Of a stretch of DNA of 64,000 nt, positions 56,607-64,000 are shown one piece after another. Position 1 is the first letter of the stretch. Each line of letters starts with the position of its first letter. A program made the position numbers and the translations under genes. The notes under the pieces were generated by a model. That model was not told the origin of the DNA. It ran no database searches and was given only the letters and a program-made list of their open reading frames with translations. Source of the DNA: Octopus bimaculoides (Eukaryota); the NCBI RefSeq assembly GCF_001194135.2, contig NC_069005.1:1424761-1488760 (forward strand), read 5' to 3'.

Positions 56607-58019
56607 ATTTCGGATTTCTTTTAAGTTGTTTAACAAGTTGCTTTATTTTTAGTTTTTTTTTTACAGGTGTTTGTATGGAATTGAATGGCAATTATTGTTC
56701 TCTAAATCTTCTTCCTTCTCCTCTTCCTCCTCCTCCTTCTCGTCCACCTCACCCTCGTCTGCATCGTCATCGCCATCGCCATGATGATGATGATCACCAT
56801 CACCATCACCATCACCACCACCACTATCATCATCATCATCATCATCACCACCACCACCCGGTGGAGCGACGGTTGAAACACTTTGAGTTGTTTTAATTTA
56901 ACTGAATCTCTTTACGGATTCTGGTTTCAAATCGTGCAAGATCCGGCTTTGCCTTTTGTTCCTTAGACATCGATAGAATATTTACATTAATCAAATATCA
57001 CAAATCGATTTAATAGGTTATTGATTACCTCACTAAAGTGAGTAAATAAATAATAAAATGTGTGGTCTTGTATCAATAATAGAAATCGTTCGGTCTTCGA
57101 TTCCGAACAGATATGTACAGTCTCACCGCTGTAGTTTTACTGAAAGTTTTCCCGAGAAACGATGGAAAAGAATCGGTGGGTTCCAATACCTGCCCCGATT
57201 GTCTATTGCGATATTTAGCGGAAGATATAAAGCATTAGGAAAAGCCCATTTAAGTAGTGGAAATATTAATCAACTGTGCGTGGAATAATGCGTTAGGATC
57301 GAACGATCTATTCTTTGAATTGGATTGTAACATGCCGGAATCGTTCGCTACTGTCTTGGCAAATGTCTACAGCAACTAAAGTAGACTAGAAATATTCCCA
57401 ATTGCATGAAATGGGGAATGTTCATGCAGTTGAGGAGAGGCGCGAATGAGGGGCGAGATGGCTATAGTAGACAATTTCTATGTCCATGGCTGTTGAATAA
57501 AAAATTAGCGACTTCGGAGGAGACATTCATCAAGAGTTACTCATGCTGTCAGTGGTGCAGGTCCATCTGCTGCCGAAACGCACTCCAGGTGGATGCCAGG
57601 ATTCTGTAGCAAATGATGCATAGGACCATGCTGAGGTTGTGGCATCTGCAGAAACACCCGCACCACAACGGTGAGCAAGTGTTGTGGTCATCTGACTGAG
57701 TCTTGGGTATTCACGGTCTGAAGTTGGATATTTGGTATCTGGAAACTTACCAGTTGGACATTGGGGTCAAAGGAATCTCACTCTCGTAATCTAGAGAAAG
57801 TTAATGGAAGATATAAGAAATGATAATCTGGGGAAAATGCTTCGAGATTCGCTCCTGAACCCTACCTTTAATTCTACCTTTTTATGCATAAGCCATTATC
57901 TTAGCCCTCACCTCTACAGTTATCTAAGTCTGACTTTCTCTCTGGATTCAGACACACAAAAAAAAAACAAGCATACTGCCACGTGTAGCTAGTAACGAAC
58001 TTTATAACGAAAAATAAGG

Positions 58020-58562
58020 TTCGCTTATTGAAATGTCTTCATCTTTTGCAACAAAATATCTTCCTGAACTCCCTCAAAACCCACACAAAGAACTGTTTGT
58101 TGACTGTCTGGCCAGAGGGAACCCAGTAGATGTAGATGATGCATTTGATATTGAAAAGCGTGTGGGGATCAATCGTGAGTTTCCTGGTGAACTTGCTTTG
58201 CCTGGCTTCCTTGGGTCTGGGGGAGCCAAGCTGTTTCCATTGGATGTTCTATCTTTTACCCTCTGGAACAAGACGGTAAATCCAGTTTCCGTCACAGGTC
58301 ACCAGCACTCTTGGCTTAGAGTAATGAGCTTAAAACCATCTCCCTGCTGTCACTAACGCGTTTTTCCTTCTGTTCGTCACTGAGTACCCTGGGAACAGAC
58401 ATTGCACAAAGTTTGCGTGTGTTCAGCTCACCACGAATAATTTTGTGCATAGTTGCCACACCAACGCCAATCGGTATGTTTATTATTTGTATAGATCCGA
58501 CGGTCTTCGTCCAGAAATTTGCGAATTTTCTCAACCAGCTCTGTTTTTTTTCTCGTGCCCCC

Positions 58563-58596
<34 letters not shown>

Positions 58597-58604
58597 TTCT
58601 CTCT

Positions 58605-58650
<46 letters not shown>

Positions 58651-58860
58651 TTCTCTCTCGCTCTCTCTCTCTCTCCCGCACCTCTCATCTCTCACCTCCT
58701 CTCTATCGTTCTTCAGCTTCCTCTACCAGAGAAAAAAAAGATGCTCGACTCACACAAGTCAATCCATGACCAGTCTGGAGCATTTCATAAGTTTCTGCAG
58801 CGTTTTTGCTCAGTTCAATGAAAAACTTTGTGTCCCGAGCGTAAGCTTTGTTTTAAATGC
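58020..58860 (-). mobile_element. Mariner transposase fossil interrupted by a (CT)n/(AG)n expansion
   Basis: KNAAETYEMLQTG...EVRDERCG [microsatellite 58560-58676] RKKTELVEKIRKFLDEDRR...RKLCAMSVPRVLSDEQKEKRVSDSREMV...LVTCD...QWKQLGSPRPKKARQSK...WVPSGQTVNK. Confidence 0.75.
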
Positions 58861-59196
58861 AATGATTTTCCCCTAAAGAAATGCTTTCATTATAAACCTT
58901 CAGTCCCTCACTCTACTTCTGTAAAGTTAATAATTTAATTCAATTTAATGTAATATTTAATAAACCTAACGTGTCGAGCTGGCAGAATCGTTAAACATGT
59001 CGGGCAAAATGCTTAGCAGCATTTCGTCCGTTTTTATGTTCTGAGTTCAAACAGCGCCAGTTACGAGTTTGTCTTTCCTCCTTTCGGGATCGATAAAGTA
59101 AAGTACTAGTCGACTTGCCCCTCCCCGAAATTGCTGGCCTTGAGCCAAAATTAGAAACTGATATTTAATGGACCTTAGACTCCCAACTATGTTGTA

Positions 59197-59225
59197 CTGA
59201 TGAAATCCAATTAGATTGAAATATC
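59197..59225 (+). other. Decayed hammerhead-like motif
   Basis: CTGATGA AATC-CAATTA-GATT GAAA TATC; core boxes and helix II intact, no helix I pairing. Confidence 0.4.
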
Positions 59226-59693
59226 AGTTATATACGCCTTGTGAGTGGATTTCGTAGACGGAAACTGAAAGAAGCTCGTCGTATATATGTATGTATGTAT
59301 AAGTATATGTTTGTGTGTCTATGTGTGTCCCCACAACATCGCTTGACAACCGATGCTGGTGTGTTTACGTCCCCATAACTTAGCGGTTCGGCAAAAGAGA
59401 CCGATAGAATTAGTACTAGGCTTATAAAGAATAAGTCTTGGTGTCGATTTGTTCGACTAAAAGTGGTGCTCCAGCATGGCCGCAGTCAAATGAGTGAAAC
59501 AAGAATAAAATAATTTTGTGTGTAATTGCGAGTATCCATATATGAATGAATGAATGAATGAATGAGTATATATATGCATGCGTAATTGTATGCACATGTG
59601 CGTGCACAAGCACATGCACACTCGTGCATTCGCACAAATGCATCCTTACAGTTCTAGTGCACCTTCCGCAACTGAAATCAGATGAATTAACCG

Positions 59694-59730
<37 letters not shown>

Positions 59731-59926
59731 GAGGGCCTGCGAGAAAAATATTGCCCTTTCAGAACGAGACAGCTGTCCCCACCGAATCCTGCTCCCTGTG
59801 AAGGGACTCGGGGTTCCTCTCTGCTATCGAAAACCTATCCTAACCCTTTCAAGGATCTCCAGATCCCTCCACGGATCTTTGGGTTGAACCCGCACCTCTC
59901 ATACATCCTGCACACACACACACATG

Positions 59927-59961
<35 letters not shown>

Positions 59962-61218
59962 GCATTCATACACACACAGACATACACACACCTACACACA
60001 CTGACGCACACAAACATTCACACACACACGCACATCTGTAACAACGTTTAACCCCCCTCTTTTACTGTCACTTTCTCTCTCTCTCTCTCTCTCTCTCTGT
60101 TTCTCTGTCTGTCTCTCTGTGTCTGTCTCTTTCTCTCTCTCTCTGTTTCTCACTCATTCTTTCTCTCTCCCTCTCTGTCTGTCTTTCTGTCCGTTTGTCT
60201 CTCTCTTCTCTCTCTCACTCTCTCTCTCTTTTCTCTCCCTCTCTCCTTGTTTCTCTGTCTCTTAGTTTCTCTTACTCTCTCTTTCTTTCTCTCTCACTCT
60301 CTTTGTCTCCCTTTCTGACTGTCTGTTTTCTGTCTGTTTCTTTCTCTTCTCTTCTCTTTCTCCCTCTTTCTTTCTCTCCCTCTCTGACTGTCTCTCTTTC
60401 TCTCTCCCTCTCCGACTATCTGTCTTTCTCTCTTTCGCCCTCCCTCTCTTTCTCTGTCTCTCTGTCTCTCTCTATAAAATTTTCAAACTACAAAATCAGG
60501 TTAGAAAACTCAACTCCACCACGCTAAAAAATAAGACCCAACCAAAAACCTGGCCGAGTGCGGTTTCAGAGCGCCAACTGCAGAGGTTAACGAGAGCGTG
60601 GGAACCAGGATGTTCTTGTTATTGTTAGCGTTGTTCTTTTTCTTTTTTAAACTTTAGATTGACGGCAAATTCTAGATATTGTTTTTGTTTCCTAAAAACT
60701 TTCGGAGATTTTTGCATTTCCTTTTTTCTTTCTTTGTTTGTTTCTCTTTTTTTTTTGTTGTTTTGTTTTAGTTCTTTTTTCTCGATTGCATCATTCAGTC
60801 TTTTTTTGTTTGTTTGTGTTTTGGTTTTTCATTTTAATAATTCTTAGCTTAGTTGGCAAAAATAGGCGATTTTCTACGGCGCAGATTTAGAACATATATA
60901 TATATATGCAGTCTGGGAGATATAGGATTCTTAAGGCATTTCAGTTCCTTGGCTCCTAAAAGGCTCCTCTTATAGTGATCCCTGATTACTAGTTCCAACT
61001 ATTTCTACTAATTGTTGTGTACTTATATGAATTCCTGGTAATTAATTAGATGTTGAGAGTCCAGGTATAAAGTAATTAACAAGCTGCCTTTTTGTTTATA
61101 TTTGCAAATATTTCCCCTGTCAAAGTTTCCAGAAATATAATAGTAAGCGCCAAAAGCCCGCCACGGACAATAGTGATGTGTGCGCGCGCAAGCGTGTGTA
61201 TCAATATCTATCTATCTA

Positions 61219-61262
<44 letters not shown>

Positions 61263-61265
<3 letters not shown>

Positions 61266-62536
61266 GGTACAATGAATAAACTGTCGTCTAAATAACGCAA
61301 AAATGAAAATAACTCTGACATCTCATTTTAACAGATATATTTACCAAAATTACATAAAAGTATCTTGAAATACTAAAGAGAAAATGTATTCAATAAAATC
61401 GCCATTGGCTTCGACCACAGCCTCCAGACGACTTCGGAATCTCCTGCAACTCTTCTGGACAGTATCGTTGTTTGGTGAGTGCAGCTATAATCCTTGTCTT
61501 GAGTTCATCTTTGGTGTTACAAGGAGTTTTGTTGGTCTTTCGCTTAATTGCGCTCCACACATAATAATCAAGGGGGTTGCAATCTTGGGAGTTGGGTGGC
61601 CAGATATAAGGCGTGATGAGGTCGCAGAAACTGTCTGACAGCGATGACTGCGCTCTCTTGCTTGCGTGGCATAGTGTAGAGTCCTGTTGCCAGACACAGT
61701 CTTCCAGCAGCTATGCTTTTCACCCAGGGCAACACTACCTCCTCCAGGCACTTGATGCAAGCTTCCGTGTTGAGTCTGAGGCCATGTGGGAAGATGAATG
61801 GAGGCATAACGTCACCATCATAGTGATCACTCCAAACACCATGATGTTGACTGGTTGTTTGATTTTTATCACTCTCAGTACATGGTTTGAGGACACGGCA
61901 AGCCAACAGTTGTTCTGTGTTTTCACCATCTGATCCTGGCAGAAATTTTTCTCGTCTGAGAAAAACCAAAGCATGTTCAGTTGGAGGGGATGCTTGAGTT
62001 TGTTCAAAAGCTTCGTAGCGCGGTCTTTCTTCTTATCCTTGATGGCTTGGGATAAAAATTGGCCCTTTCTCATCTTGTATGAGGAATACCGAATGTATTC
62101 ATGTACTACCTATCTGACAAGAAACTCAGACACTCCCAAATCACTGGCGACTTGGAGGGATCGTTGTCAATCATGGCCTGGATCTCACCAACAAATTCAG
62201 GAGTTCTTTTTTTATTAGAACGACTAGAATGAGTTTTCCGAGCTGCCGTACTTTCGTAATCACCATTAGACTCCTCCAACTCTTTCCGAGTCCTCAGCAC
62301 TGATCTCAGACTGACACCCAAACACTCTGAAATGTTCCTATTGGAGCTTCCGGCGCGAATGCCAAGCAGTACAGCATGTCCTTTCCAAATTTCTGGCAGA
62401 GTGAATGGCGTTATAGTGGTGTTTCTCACATACGGTGCTCACCTGACCCTACGATACTGTGTAGTCGACAAATTATAAACAGTGCGCATACGCGGAATTA
62501 AACACAAAACGGGGACAATTTACCCATCGCACCCTG
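61263..62536 (-). mobile_element. Tc1/mariner DD37D (maT-type) transposon, near full length, frameshifted
   Basis: TA-flanked diverged TIRs CAGGGTACAATGAATAAACTGTC / CAGGGTGCGATGGGTAAATTGTC; WFFSDEKNF...WQQDSTLCH...WPPNSQDCNPLDYYVW with 37 residues between the second and third Asp. Confidence 0.85.
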
Positions 62537-62549
62537 TATATGAATGTAT

Positions 62550-62606
<57 letters not shown>

Positions 62607-63108
62607 NNNNNNNNNNNNNNNNNNNNNNNNNNNNNNNNNNNNNNNNNNNNNNNNNNNNNNNNNNNNNNNNNNNNNNNNNNNNNNNNNNNNNNNNNNNNNN
62701 NNNNNNNNNNNNNNNNNNNNNNNNNNNNNNNNNNNNNNNNNNNNNNNNNNNNNNNNNNNNNNNNNNNNNNNNNNNNNNNNNNNNNNNNNNNNNNNNNNNN
62801 NNNNNNNNNNNNNNNNNNNNNNNNNNNNNNNNNNNNNNNNNNNNNNNNNNNNNNNNNNNNNNNNNNNNNNNNNNNNNNNNNNNNNNNNNNNNNNNNNNNN
62901 NNNNNNNNNNNNNNNNNNNNNNNNNNNNNNNNNNNNNNNNNNNNNNNNNNNNNNNNNNNNNNNNNNNNNNNNNNNNNNNNNNNNNNNNNNNNNNNNNNNN
63001 NNNNNNNNNNNNNNNNNNNNNNNNNNNNNNNNNNNNNNNNNNNNNNNNNNNNNNNNNNNNNNNNNNNNNNNNNNNNNNNNNNNNNNNNNNNNNNNNNNNN
63101 NNNNNNNN

Positions 63109-63168
<60 letters not shown>

Positions 63169-63509
63169 TACACTTCTACTCTTTCCCTTTCTTACTTAGG
63201 ACAGCCCTACCCACCGCCACCACTATGTCATTTCTATTTTCCATTCTCATTCACCGACTTTCACCTCTCCCGCGCATTCTTCTCGACCAGACACACTTAA
63301 CAATGTGTGTGTATGTGTGTGTGTGTGACTGTGTAATTGTTACACAAAGCCTTGTGGGTGAATGAGCATAAGGTAAGGGTCTGATGTGTGTTTATACATA
63401 CATATATACATGCATACATATGCCTATATATACAATATTGTATGTATAGGATAGTCAACCGCTATACACAGTGGCAGCTGCTTCACAGAAAACAATACAC
63501 ACACACACA

Positions 63510-63541
<32 letters not shown>

Positions 63542-63751
63542 CACACACTCACACTCACACACACTCATACACACGCATTCGCTCACAGCTGTATTGATAA
63601 AAAGTGGTGGCGGCGGCGATGGTGGCGATGAAAGGACGTAGATGCGTAGAAAGGTACATACGACCAAATTTAGATACGTTTGGGTGTGTGTGTATGTGTT
63701 TGTGTGCATGCGCATATACACTTCTGTACATATATACACACATATGTAGAT

Positions 63752-63826
<75 letters not shown>

Positions 63827-63898
63827 TTCAATACGTGACTGCGTGTGCATCGTTGGCGATTTTCTTTCTCCGTCTTCCCTTCTTTGGACTTTTTCTAT

Positions 63899-63933
63899 AT
63901 TTCTGATGAAGAGCTCTGCTCGAAACGTAAAAT
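63899..63933 (+). ncRNA. Minimal type I hammerhead ribozyme motif (predicted), probably in a PLE terminal repeat
   Basis: AUUU CUGAUGA A GAGC-UCU-GCUC GAAAC GUA/AAAU; 4-bp helices I and II, loop-less helix III ACGU; predicted cut at 63929/63930. Confidence 0.65.
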
Positions 63934-64000
63934 CTTCTTTTCTTTCCTTTCCTGAGCGTCCAATAACACTGTAGTTATTCCACGTCCTCGAGTTGTTGTT

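Overview
AT-rich, microsatellite- and SINE-dense animal genomic DNA with many assembly gaps (N runs). The repeat landscape suggests an octopus or other coleoid cephalopod (inference, not verifiable here). The only host gene is a Suppressor of Hairless / RBPJ / CSL (Notch effector) on the + strand: 11 coding exons spliced by hand from 2066 to the TAG stop at 20883-20885, all GT-AG and in frame (1372 nt). The start exon was not found and probably lies upstream of the window. The remainder is intergenic: tRNA-derived SINE families, piggyBac-like TTAA MITEs, decayed LINEs (R4/Dong-like, RTE, Tx1/L1), Tc1/mariner fossils including a near full-length DD37D (maT) element, and Penelope-like element (PLE) GIY-YIG remnants. 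The most interesting unannotated signal is a set of type I hammerhead ribozyme motifs. Three minimal motifs have all catalytic boxes and helices intact (1016-1061 -, 47786-47831 +, 63899-63933 +). One has a ~100-nt expanded helix II and sits in a 150-bp inverted repeat (51421-51556 -). Four more are decayed, including a G5A-inactivated one just downstream of the CSL stop. Two intact copies belong to one composite element (tRNA-like Pol III head, (AAT)n, hammerhead, tail) whose tail is duplicated in inverted orientation upstream in both copies, i.e. a candidate PLE-mobilised, ribozyme-carrying SINE. Ribozyme activity is predicted from sequence only. ORFs containing X runs or dipeptide repeats are artefacts.
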